Source: Amoebophrya sp. A120 (taxonomy: Eukaryota > Protista > Dinoflagellata). Taken from it: a stretch of DNA of 64,000 nt. Location: positions 7,563,820-7,627,819 of the forward strand of contig CAJINV010000004.1 in assembly GCA_905178155.1 (NCBI GenBank), given 5' to 3'. How positions within the stretch are numbered: position 1 is the first letter of the stretch; every line of letters starts with the position of its first letter. The notes beneath the pieces are model-generated. The model saw only the letters and a list, made by a program, of their open reading frames with translations. It did not search any database and was not told the origin of the DNA. Positions 1-10,837 of the stretch are shown here, piece by piece. Made by a program: the position numbers and the translations under genes.

Positions 1-2479
1 CGTCCACGTGGTAGTGTATGGTGCGGCGGAATTTCGGCGACGCCTTGCCCTTGACGAATCCTTTTGTCAACACCGTGCTGCCGACGTTACAATCTGGATT
101 CCCAATTTTCTCGTCTTTATCTTTCCTCTCCTTCATCAGTTTTGTTAAATTCGGGAACCGCCCCTCGAAAGTTCCCTTTTTCAGAAAGTCCGGGGCCGTT
201 TCCTTCGTGTTGTCCGCCTGGAAAAAATCGCCCTCGATCAGCGTGTGCTCGTGCAAAGCTCCTCCTTTCGACGTCACCCGGTAAAACGGGTTGGGGCAGC
301 CGATGTGGACAAAGGTATCCAGAAATTGCTGCATGGTGATCGGGAGTTTGCCGTTCAGAAGTTGCTTCTTGTCCTTCTGCTGCTCCGGTTGGGGCAGCGG
401 GAGCCAGAGCGGCTGGCGGGAAGCTGCTCCTGTTGTACTACCAGCAGATAAGCTAGAACTAGAACCACCGGGGTAGTTCTTGACTGCACCAGCGGCGGCT
501 GTTGGCGATGACGTAGTTGATGACGCCAGCTTCTTCTGTTTCTTCCCCAGAAGAAGTTCTTGTGCACCTACTTGCTGCAGTTCCTTTGCGGTTTGTTCTA
601 CTTCAGAAAGATTCTCCCTCCCATTACCCCCGGGAGGTGACGCGGCGGTGCTGGTCGTCGGACTGGACGTGACTTTTTTCGAGGATTTTTCCACCGCGGT
701 TTTTTCCAGCTGTTCCGATTTTTTCAAAACCTCGTTGGACATTCTCCTACTCGTAGTGCTCGTCGGGATAACCAAACCGGCGAGGATTTTTTCCTTTTTC
801 GACGGCGTACCGTCATTCGATTTGTCGTTGTCAACGGTGTAGTTGTTGTTCATATAATTTTCCTTCACGGCATGCCGTATCGCGGAAATAAATTGCACAA
901 ACGCCCTCCGGTTCTCAAACCCAGAGAACACGTAGCTGAAACAGTCCTGGTCCTGCAGACGCAACGAAGCCGTAGAAATGTTGCTCGTGTTGGAGTTGGT
1001 GCGGGGGATCATTTTTGGGGGTGGTGAAGGTTGGTCGTCGTCTACTTTCATGGCCGCCGCGTTCTTGGTCGTGTAAATGAAGCGGTCTCCACTTGATGTC
1101 GTGGCGCTTTTGTCCGATCGTGGGGAGGACGCAGTGGTGGAGGAAGTACTGCTTGCTGTGCTGGATTTTTTGTCAGCTGCAAGTGCTTCAGAAGTCTTCT
1201 TCTCACTTTCTAAGCCAGTAGAAGTTCTCCTCCTCGAGCACAGTGAAAAGACCGCAAGGAAAAGGGCGAAGAAATACGCAAAGATTGCGGCAAATCGCTG
1301 GCTGACGGTCGTTTTCAGTTTGCGTTTTTCTTCTTCCGCGTCTAGGTGGTCTTCTTTTCTGATTCTCATCTTCATCCCGGTGCCATCGCGTGGTGATTCT
1401 ACGTCGCTGTCTTCGTCAGAATCTGCTACATCTTCGTCGCGGCCTGATCTGTGCTTCCCTTGATGTCTCTGACGCATCACAGATTCTTGCTGTTGCAGCT
1501 GGTGCCCGTCAGTGCTCTCCTTATCCGCAACATCCGTTCGCCTTGATGTAGTTCTTTGCGCCGGTGCTTTCGGATTTATCTTCACGATGAGTTTGTACTG
1601 CACGCTACGGTAGGTTTTCTTGTTTTGCTTGAAGTTGTGTCGTAACTTGTCGAAAAAGGATTCCTTTTGTTCTTCACCCTGATTGATTTCGTTTTGCAAC
1701 GAAGAAGTGGTCGACGACGACCCATGCGCAGAACAAGCACCAGCTTGCGAAGAACCATCTTGGCCACCAGCAGCACCACCACTCCCTCCGCGTGAGCATT
1801 CCACCCGGCACTCTTCTACGTGCAGCCAACCGGCTAAAACCCGGGATTTCGCACTCTCGTCGATCCACCGCAAACCCTGGCTCTTCACCTCCACCTCGCC
1901 CGCAATCTTGGCTCGGCTGGTCTTCCGATCCACCGCGTCGGAGAGGAGACGTAGCTTGCAAGGAAAAATCTCTGCTGCGGAGGAATAATTGGCGGTGGTA
2001 GGTGTGCCAGCAGCAGCACCTGTGATAGCTGCACCATTTAGTAGTTCTGGAGACGACAAAGGTATAGTCTTCTTACTGGAAACCCTGCGGTTGTGCGATG
2101 TCCTTCCAGAGTGCAGTTTGCGGGTGTGAGCGACACTGTGATGGACGGCGGATTGGTGTTTCATGCCGTTTGCGGCGTGGTGCAGGTGGTGGTGGTGGTG
2201 GGAATTATGCGATGAAGTGGAACTCTGTGGGTAGTAGTGCCCACCGTTTGTTGTACCACTTTGCGGTTGCGCCTGCCCTTCCGCCGCACTTCTGCGTGGC
2301 GGCCTGGAGGTTGATGGGGAAGACGGCGTGTAGAAGTTGCTGGAGGGCATTTTATTGGATAACGACGGTAGTTCCAGATTGCGAACTGCAGCCCTGGTGT
2401 TGAAAGAACGATCGCGGCTATAATTCCGAAGGTGATCTTGTTGTTGTTTCACACTATTTTTGCCCTTCACTATGGTCAT
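1..2479 (-). CDS. Hypothetical membrane protein, 3'-truncated by the window edge (>826 aa)
   Basis: ATG at 2479 (MTIVKGKNSVKQQQ). Frame is open where spot-checked and runs off position 1 (...KASPKFRRTIHYHVD). One hydrophobic segment RFAAIFAYFFALFLAVFSLC near 1240-1300. Absent from the ORF track, probably because it has no stop in the window. Confidence 0.7.
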   Translation of the reverse strand, partial: MTIVKGKNSVKQQQDHLRNYSRDRSFNTRAAVRNLELPSLSNKMPSSNFYTPSSPSTSRPPRRSAAEGQAQPQSGTTNGGHYYPQSSTSSHNSHHHHHLHHAANGMKHQSAVHHSVAHTRKLHSGRTSHNRRVSSKKTIPLSSPELLNGAAITGAAAGTPTTANYSSAAEIFPCKLRLLSDAVDRKTSRAKIAGEVEVKSQGLRWIDESAKSRVLAGWLHVEECRVECSRGGSGGAAGGQDGSSQAGACSAHGSSSTTSSLQNEINQGEEQKESFFDKLRHNFKQNKKTYRSVQYKLIVKINPKAPAQRTTSRRTDVADKESTDGHQLQQQESVMRQRHQGKHRSGRDEDVADSDEDSDVESPRDGTGMKMRIRKEDHLDAEEEKRKLKTTVSQRFAAIFAYFFALFLAVFSLCSRRRTSTGLESEKKTSEALAADKKSSTASSTSSTTASSPRSDKSATTSSGDRFIYTTKNAAAMKVDDDQPSPPPKMIPRTNSNTSNISTASLRLQDQDCFSYVFSGFENRRAFVQFISAIRHAVKENYMNNNYTVDNDKSNDGTPSKKEKILAGLVIPTSTTSRRMSNEVLKKSEQLEKTAVEKSSKKVTSSPTTSTAASPPGGNGRENLSEVEQTAKELQQVGAQELLLGKKQKKLASSTTSSPTAAAGAVKNYPGGSSSSLSAGSTTGAASRQPLWLPLPQPEQQKDKKQLLNGKLPITMQQFLDTFVHIGCPNPFYRVTSKGGALHEHTLIEGDFFQADNTKETAPDFLKKGTFEGRFPNLTKLMKERKDKDEKIGNPDCNVGSTVLTKGFVKGKASPKFRRTIHYHVD

Positions 2480-4271
2480 GCTTGTAAGTCTGTCTGAATC
2501 AATACAAAGTCGAAGTCTACTGCCTGAGTACTTACTTAAAAACAAAGTCAAGAAAAGTATCAACTGCGATAGTACTCAAAACTAGTAGTGCTCTCGATGG
2601 TATACACTATTTTGTTAGGCTGTGGTCCTGTTTTTTTTTCCGCACTTGAGCAGCTCCAGTTGGGTTTCTTAAACAGGGGCTCTCGTCTCTCAACATCGCT
2701 CGACACTTTTGTTGCTTCTGTTGACCCACAATAGTTCGTTGTTATACCGATAAATAATGACTACGCTAGGACAACAATTATCCTCGCTTTTCTTCTGGAC
2801 CTCGGATCAGACATTTTGATTTTTCAGAGAAATTTTTTCCCGGGATGTTGATCTTCGCAACTTGATTTTCATCGTCGAGCGTACAAAATAGAAGTGTGTG
2901 GCCGCGCATGGATAATTTCCTCGTCTATTTCTCACCGATAATATTTTATCCGTAGGTGGTAGCGCGATCAGTTCCTCTCCAGCTAAATGTTCCTCTAGCT
3001 CGAGGCCCCTTTGGAGGTCCGCAAGTTCAAGTTTTCAAAGCAGGACGAACAATTACTTCCCCGGTAACTGTCCACCCCACGATCCTCCACGGTGTCGCGT
3101 GCGCGCGGGAATCCAGGAGCGAGTTTCCGCTCGCGTCCAACTTCTTCAGGGTTGTATTTTTTAATTTTCTAACACCTCGTAGTACCCAAATTCGTGGCGG
3201 AAAGGCGTGCAGAGGTGCTATGCCAGGATAGAGTTTATGGTCAAGCGTGAAAATAAGCTGGATATTACTCTTCATCTACGGGTTTTAACAACTGTAGAAA
3301 AATGTAGTTGTATCCGCTTTAATATTTCCACTCAACGCATGTTCTTGTACAGCTTTTGGGCGGGCCAAGATGGTTTTCCAAAAGTTAACTAGGGCATCGC
3401 TAAATCGTACAAAAAAAACTGATATGGCATCATCCTCGTCGTAGTTTAGTGGGTACTAACATACGAGAAAATTTTTATGAAAGAGCGGTCGCCCTGTAGG
3501 TTAAGATCGAAATAATCTTGCGAAGATGTCGTCTTGAGAAAAAAACGAATGGGCGTCTCGGAATCCGTTGATCATACATGTCTGTTGATGTAGACAGTCC
3601 CCATAATTCGCTGCTGAAAGACGACCACAGTTGTACCAGCTATTCCTTGTCTCGCTGCTTCATGTTGGGCGGTTCTTGATAGGTTACAGAGCTGTTTGTA
3701 CCAAAAGCTGCTGTGTTGACGGTCTTTGAAAACCCGGGAGATTTCTAGCGCAACTTTGATATACCAGTTGTACCTATCACAGCAGCTGCTCCTGCCTCAT
3801 ACCAAGATGTGATCTTCAATATGAGGACTTTAGTCAATTTTTCGTGCAATAGCAGGTTTTTTTTTGTGCGTCTTCAGCAAAAGTAGTATTTGTCTGGTTG
3901 CAGCTGGATGTAACTAACGAAACGTCGCCATTTACATGAGATCATACCTGATGCTATAACTGTTGAAAAGGAAAACCAAAAATCCACATAGTACAACTAA
4001 AACTTGTTGTTTCCCAGAGCTTGGAGACCATAAACTTTTTGTCCAGTTTTGCTATTGACGAAGCCAAAACTTGTTGCTCTTTTAACTGTCTATACTGAAC
4101 TAAGTCTACGGTCTTTTTGGCTACAGTGGCATTTCGTTTGAGGGAATCTATACATAGCTTTTGATTGTCTACTACTTTTGCCATGAAAAATCTAGATCCA
4201 AATTCGCGAATATCTTCGTACAGAAACTCCTCACAAGAATACTATAAAAATTTTCCACTGGTTTAATATTT

Positions 4272-4753
4272 TTACAGTGTCAGCGCAGCACCCAAGATCG
4301 CGGCTCCCGCCAAAGCGCCGACGGCCGCGCCGGCGACGGCGGCCTCTTCCTGGCGGCGGCGGTACCCGTACCCGTAGCCCCCTCCGTAGTACCGTGGAGC
4401 TCCGTAGCACCGCGGAGCATACGGGTTCCCGCAGTAGTAGGGATCATAAGCGTAAGCCGGACCGCCGTAGACCACCGGCGGAGGCGGTGGGGCGGCGTAC
4501 ACCACCTGCGGTCGCTGCTGCACGACCACCGTGGGCTGGGCCGGCTGCTGCACGATCACCTGAGGCTGCATCGGCTGCTGGATCACAACCTGTGAGGAAG
4601 GTTTTTGTTTGGTTGATACTAGCGATTTGTCATGCTGGCATTTTTGCAATTGTACCAATAGGACGAACAAATGAATTTGTCATGCATTTATTCAAAAGAA
4701 ACAAGCCTATAAAGTACCGGTGGCTGCTGGCGAACGGTGACAATTTGCGGCAT
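4272..4753 (-). CDS. Small P/Q/Y/G-rich protein (~117 aa), 2 exons
   Basis: Exons 4753-4718 and 4589-4272 join in frame (MPQIVTVRQQPP|VVIQQPMQPQ). C-terminal hydrophobic Gly/Ala zipper AAVAGAAVGALAGAAILG. Confidence 0.75.
4590..4717 (-). other. Canonical GT-AG intron with introner-type internal motifs
   Basis: CCG|gtac...cacag|GTT restores frame. ATTTGTCATGC at 4625 and 4675. Confidence 0.75.
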
Positions 4754-6150
4754 TTTGTTCGTCGCTGGGTGTCTTGTCGGGGTGGAGATGACTTTTCGGC
4801 AATAGAGACCAGTTGTAAAAAGCGTATGTGGATTTTTAGTGGCTTTTGGTTCTTAAGTTCAAACAAGCTTTAGCAATTTTGTGTTTTTTCAAAACCAAAG
4901 AAAAGCCTCCTCCTGTCGTGTGAGCACAACAGGCAAAATTATGCGAGTTGCGTCTTCACGAAGTTGGCCTTTACGAAATACTTGTGAAATAAACGTCGAG
5001 TGGTGCTTCTTAGTGAAGATGATTTTTTTGAGAACAATTTAAAGCCAGTTGCGTCTTCAATGTTTCTCTTTGTCTTGTTCAAACGGTCAAAAATTTGGTA
5101 TGATAGGAACTCCAGGCACCTGATGTGGGGAATTGCGTGGTGAGCGACAAATAAAAATGAATAGCGATAACTTAATGAGGATCGGTGCAAAAAAATTCAA
5201 GTACTAACTCTAATGAAGCTACTCTGCTAGCGCATGCGTGTCCGTGGAGCCTTCTGATCATTCTTCTACGGGATCGATTTCGGATTTAAAATTTGTTGAT
5301 CTCAATGTCAGCATCAGGAGCCCATTTCACAGTACCGACATTGTCGATCTAGCCGGAGCTCTGTACGGATCTCATGGAGCAAGAATCTCTTGATTTTTGT
5401 CGGACGATAACAATAAATTAGTATAAAACGCATAATTCCATCTTATTTCAAACGGACAGACTGACTTCTTGTTACCTTTTCGACTTCAGACCGAGGTGCT
5501 TCGGTGCAGCTACCAAAGCACCTCGTCTTATGTGTTTTGGGGAAGGACATCACCAATCGTGTTTTTCCTTGTTTCCACAGGAAAGTTGCTGTTTTTCATT
5601 ATTCATCTTTTTCTTTCTATTTCCATGTTGCCAACGGCTTCTTTACATTTGGTTCTTTCGCAAAATTTGTTGTTTACTGTTTTACTTCTTTTTCGTAGGT
5701 ACCTGTTGTTGGTCATGTGCTAGCTCTTACTTGTCGTGTGTACAATAGATAAAAAACGTTTCCCAAGTACTACAGGAAAATGTGTCGTGCCAATGCCAGT
5801 TTTCTATTCCATTGAGTTTTACTTTTTCTTCCATCAATGCGCAATGTTTTCCTTTTTGCATGGACATGGTATACTCTTAGTTTCTTGTATGTCGCTACTA
5901 TAGCTTGCTGTTGCTGTACATTTTTCTAGACTCACTTACTCATTCCTATGGTGAGAAAACACTCAAAACTTGAAACAAAAATGATGAACTCTTATCCAAA
6001 CGGCAAAGCTTTTGTTTCAAAAATCAAGATGAAGGGTCTGGTCTCAGCGTAATTCTGGCACTTCGTACTCATATTTACTTGCACTGCTTTTTTACTTTTT
6101 GAAAAAGTCTAGAGGACGAATTTTCCATCTTACCGCACCGCCCTTACTTG

Positions 6151-9100
6151 TTACAGCTCCTTCTTCATGTGCCGCTCCTTCAGAAAGATTCCGGCATCGG
6201 TGTCGAGCTTCAAGGTCACCGGACCGAGCCGGAGCACCGTTTTCCAGAAGACGACGAACAAGCGAAAAAACGGCATGTAGAAGGGCTGGAACAGCAACAC
6301 ACCCGTGAAGTACGGCGCCGATTTGCACCACGGGGACCCCGCAAACCGGAAGCCCAGAAACGACGCAAGCCAGTCGACATCCACCTCTATCAAATGCAAA
6401 AATGTCTGGGTCGGGAAGAGTCATGCTGCTTTTGCATGACGCGTAAGGTCTGGCATGGAAGCTGTAGCATCACAGATTTCGAGAAGCTTCCGCAATGCCG
6501 AATTCCGCAATGCCACATTTTGGTGACAGAAAGTGGGCAGCTTTTGCTGCCTATGCATGAGAGATTTTTATGTGTTGTGAAATGCGCATCACAAGTTCGC
6601 ATTCCTCCAGACCCAGACATATTTGCAGTTGATAACCTCGTAGCCGTCCTTGAACAGGTCGAAGTGGTAGTCCTCCAGATTCGCTGGCACGCCGCCGCAG
6701 GAAATTGTATCAAACGCAAATATGTCTGGGTCTGGAAGAATGCAAGTTTGTCATGCTTGTTTCACATGACTCTGAAATCTGTCATGTTGGGAGACTAAGG
6801 GCAGGGCGTCCCTGTTTAAAATCAAGACTACAAACTTAAGCCGCGTACTCGGTAAACTCTAAGGTACAAACTTGAACAGCGCGATTTCTATCGAGAGACA
6901 GCAACAGAAACTCCTGGGACGGCTGGGACGTGAGTTTTGTTGATATCTAGGTAGAAATAGCACTGTGCAAATTTCGTATCCTAGCACCGAGGGAACCAAA
7001 ATAAAAAGTAAAAAAGGAGTGAAGCGAAACACTATGACACAGCCCCATCTACATCAAAAAACCATCCTAGAAGCTGGTAGCTCGAATTCTAGCAAGACAG
7101 GAAAAAGTCTTGAAGAGGAGTTGCGATCGTAGCACCAACATCCAAGTCCAAGGACTAACATGCAAATGGCCAGGTAAACCTCGAGGTCGGTATGACATGC
7201 ATGACAAACTATGACGACCAGGATAATGTGCTACGAGACCAGAGGAGAGCATGACCAAACCGAGAAACCGCATGACAAGAGAGGGCCACGTTGCAACCAA
7301 TTCGAGAACCAGGATGGAAACATGAGTGCGAAAAACCCCTAGGAAAAAACTAAAGAGTAACTAGTATATAAATAAGTAGCGCGCGTAGTAAAACTAGACC
7401 GGTCAAACCACTTCTGCCTGTACCGTCTCTATTCTTTTTTCCCTTGCCACCCTAAGAAGTGGCACAACAATGCTAATCATACAAGAGCGATTTGATCATG
7501 GCGTGCAAGAACAGGCGCACGTGCCTAGTTTTCATTCCCAAAAGGCAAGAGCCTCTGCATACAAAATGCCAGAAACATCGGTCAAAATACAAACAAGATC
7601 GGACGACGCCGATGAAACCGAAGTGACTCTGAAATCTGTCATGCAAATTACCCAAGACCCCCATTTTGCTGTCATGCAGAAACGCAGTTTGTCATGCAGA
7701 ATAGGCAACACCTAGAAGCTCACAAACTTGTCATGCTGAGCCAGCACTTGTGGTCTCCTCATGATACGCCACCCAGCATCACAAGTTTCCAGACCCAGAC
7801 ATTTTTGCAGTTGATAAATTGGAATCAAGTACAAGATCGCAAGCTTGGCGGACCACATCAGAAGGCAGTGCATGGGCATCATGTAGGCATAGAGCAACCC
7901 CTTGCGGTGCGCGTCGGCGTCTTTCAGGGTCAGACCCTCGATTCGCACCGGGTAGTAGGTGCCGCGCAACTTCTTCAAAAACCGCAGGTACAGCGCCCAG
8001 CCCGCGTCGGCCCACTTGTCCGCGAGGTAACCGGTTACCGGGAAGCGGAAGTCGACCCAGTCGAAGGAGTAGTATCAAGTGCAAAAATGTCTGGGTCTGG
8101 AAATTTGTGATGCTAAAATATGAGTGGTGGGCGCACTGCAATACGCAGTCAAGCATGACAAATTTTTGAGCTGCTCTTGTGTTTCCTTTTCCGCATGGCA
8201 AACTGCGTTTCTGCATGACAGACAAGAGGCCCTTTTCCTGATCCTGCATCACAGATTTATGAGTCATGCCAGACACGCATGACAAACTTGCATTCTTCCA
8301 CTTCCAGACCCAGACATATTTGCATTTGATAAGTAGTGAATCGTTTCGATTCGGTCGGCGTGGTGCTCCTCCTTGTGCTTCTTGCGGTCCGCGAAGCCGA
8401 AGAGTTCCAGTGTCTGGTAGAACCACTTGGCGCCGACAAACCGGGCGCTCCACGGGTTCCAGGAGGTGAAGGCGAGGGTGTTGGTGTGGTACCACTCGTG
8501 CACCCGCACGTCCTATGCATTGCAAAAGTATCGCACTCGTATGCAGGCATTACAAATTTCCCCAGCATGAGAATTGAAATTTGTACTGCGGATTTACCTT
8601 AAGAAAAAGATTTGTAATGCATGACTGCAAGACGAGTACGATGCTTTTGCACAGGATACGTCCATCCACACGACGACGTTCCAGATCAGCGCGAACATCG
8701 GGTCCCAGCAGTTGATATGAAATGCAAAGATGTCTGGGTCTGGAAGAATGCAAGATTTGTCATGCATATTTCTCATGACACATGATGCCTGTAATGCATG
8801 ACCCAGCACCGCAGACTACTTTTAGAGGGCTTTCTGATGCGCCTTCCGCATGAGGAATGCCCTGTCCGCGTAGCACAAACTGGAGCCCTCTTGCTGGTCA
8901 TGCAAGAATACAAATTTCTTTAGAATCCAAAAACACCATGACAAGTTGCATCCTTCCAGACCCAGACATATTTGCAATGCATAATTGACGAAGATCAGCA
9001 TGTTCAGCGCCCACAGCATGGTCGGCTGGTGGATGACCACACGGTACACGTGCGGCGTGCGGGAGTACATGCTATGGAACAAGTGTCAGAATGGAAATTC

Positions 9101-10134
9101 TCAAAGTGGAAATAATTTGTGATGCATGAAATGCGACACCAAAAAGACTGTATTGCAGAGGACGCAATGGAGACTGACTCTTGTGCTTCTACGGGTTCAG
9201 AATTGGGCTGCTGATTAGCACGAGAGAAGGGCACACCTTTGCCCTAATTAGCATGACAGACATGTTGTTTGAGTGCCCGGGAAATCTGTCATGCGCCGAT
9301 GAGAAATGGGAATGGCGCTTCAAACAACTGGAATCGTTTTTTTGCATTAAAAATTATTTTCCCTTTGAGGATTTCCATTCTGACACTTCCATACATGCGG
9401 GGGTCCACGTAGTGGTGAAAGAAGGCCCAGGGGAACCCGATGGTGTGGTCCGCTTGCCAGGATTCGAGCATCACCATGTGCAGGTACAGGTGGACGATGA
9501 CGAACGCGAAGGGCTGCAACGCCAGCGCGAGCAGCAGGCGGGCGGCAATCACGTGAACCCAGGATTCCGCTCCGGGGTACAATGCGTTAGCTTCCCACTG
9601 GGTCACCAGGTAGACGAAAAATCCGCCGGTGAACACGTAGATGAAAAGGAAATCAAACACAACGAAGTATTTTTCCCAGCTATCGCGTTCCTGCATGAAA
9701 TTTTCGTACAGCGGGCCCCACTCCTTCATGTCGATGGCTTCTCCGACGACTCTCCCGTCCGCATCACGAGAAGCCCCGCGCGGCAGAGGTTCCTCGTCGA
9801 GTTCTTGGTTCTGTTCATTTTGCTTTGTTCCCATGGTAGTAGTTCTTGGAGATGACGCATGTTGCTGTTGATCTAGTACTCTGGTCTGCTTGCTACTAGA
9901 GGACTTGTCACCACAACGACGTTTACTGGTTGATGTGGAACAACTACTCGCCGGTGACTTGGAGCTGCTCTGCTTCTGCTTTTTCGACGTGGTGGGGGTG
10001 GTCCCGCGACTGCGCTGGATGGAGGTAGAGGTAGTTGTCGTGCTGCTCTTGGAAGACGACTTTGTAGTTGTCGTTGCTTCTTCGCCTCGATGCTCCTCGA
10101 GAAGCGTCGGCGCAGCCGGTTGCGTTACTGTCAT
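6151..10134 (-). CDS. His-box membrane lipid desaturase-like protein (TMEM189/PEDS1/FAD4-like), ~534 aa, 7 exons
   Basis: Removing 6 introners gives one ORF with TM segments and His boxes HLYLH, FFHHYVDP, HEWYH, HKEEHH, whose order resembles the Kua/TMEM189 desaturase domain. Confidence 0.6.
6388..6634. mobile_element. Introner family A (247 bp)
   Basis: TATcaaaTGCAAAAATGTCTGGG...CCCAGACATATTTGCAgttgATA; DR acctc; join DGYEV|DVDW; GT-AG register possible. Confidence 0.9.
6708..7816. mobile_element. Introner family A expanded to 1109 bp by a nested insertion
   Basis: Family A TIRs; DR aattg; join LIPI|SCGG. Confidence 0.88.
6785..7469. mobile_element. LTR-like segment nested inside an introner
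   Basis: TGTTG...CAACA termini, TATATAAATAA at 7365. The insert is bracketed by a 20-bp duplication (6767-6786 = 7624-7643). Confidence 0.45.
8073..8331. mobile_element. Introner family A (259 bp)
   Basis: TIRs; DR agtag; join TIHY|SFDW. Confidence 0.9.
8514..8658. mobile_element. Introner family B (145 bp)
   Basis: TATnnnnTGCAAAAGTATCGYACTCGT TIR; DR cgtcc; join WMD|VRVHEW. Confidence 0.9.
8716..8983. mobile_element. Introner family A (268 bp)
   Basis: TIRs; DR gttga/attga; join IFVN|CWDP. Confidence 0.88.
9073..9393. mobile_element. Introner family F (321 bp)
   Basis: TATGGA..AAGTGTCAGAATGGAAAT TIR; DR catgc; join DPRM|YSRT. Confidence 0.88.
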
Positions 10135-10837
10135 TTTTTTGTTTTCTGTTTTCACTTTCCGTCGTCAGAGGCAAAAATATTAAAAATCAACTAGAGACAA
10201 ACGAAAAGGCCGTAACTACGACTAGCGCGAGCGATCTTCTGGAACTATGCAGCAATAGAAACTATGTCACACGTCGGCGTTTCGGTCCTGGGTGGAAGAA
10301 TGTTGGACAGAAAGTGCAAGACAAATTTACACTTCCGCCACCCCCGTGGGCGATCTCCAACAAATGAAAAAGATGAGTCTCGATCAAAAACCATACTGAT
10401 ACTACTTCAACAGGCCAACATAGATGAAAAAAAAACATTCCCAAAAAAAGAAAAACGACGCGACAATAGTAGAGTCCACGAATAGGAATACGATTCGGAA
10501 ATAAATTAGAAAAAAATAGTACCGACTGAGAACAACGAGAATATCAGAAAGAACTTGTAGTACTAGGGTTCACAGAAGAAAAATCTTCTAGGGATACCGA
10601 ATAAGAGATAGACGGACACACTCATCAGAGCGAGTTCTAAAGCGATCATGAAAAAAAACTGATCCCTGAACAACACGACATAGGCACAGCGAAACTGCAA
10701 TTCCTTTTCATTACATGCACCTTGACCATGCATGATATCGACAGCGCAGATGCACCGCAAGTCGAAGTGTAGGGGCCAGGCGCCGAATTTTTGCAAAAAA
10801 ATCCCTCGGGGCGAGTGACTTTAACCCGTTTAATTAT

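Noticed and set aside
3954-4184. 76-aa minus-strand ORF
   Set aside because: Short, AT-rich, no motif; insufficient support.
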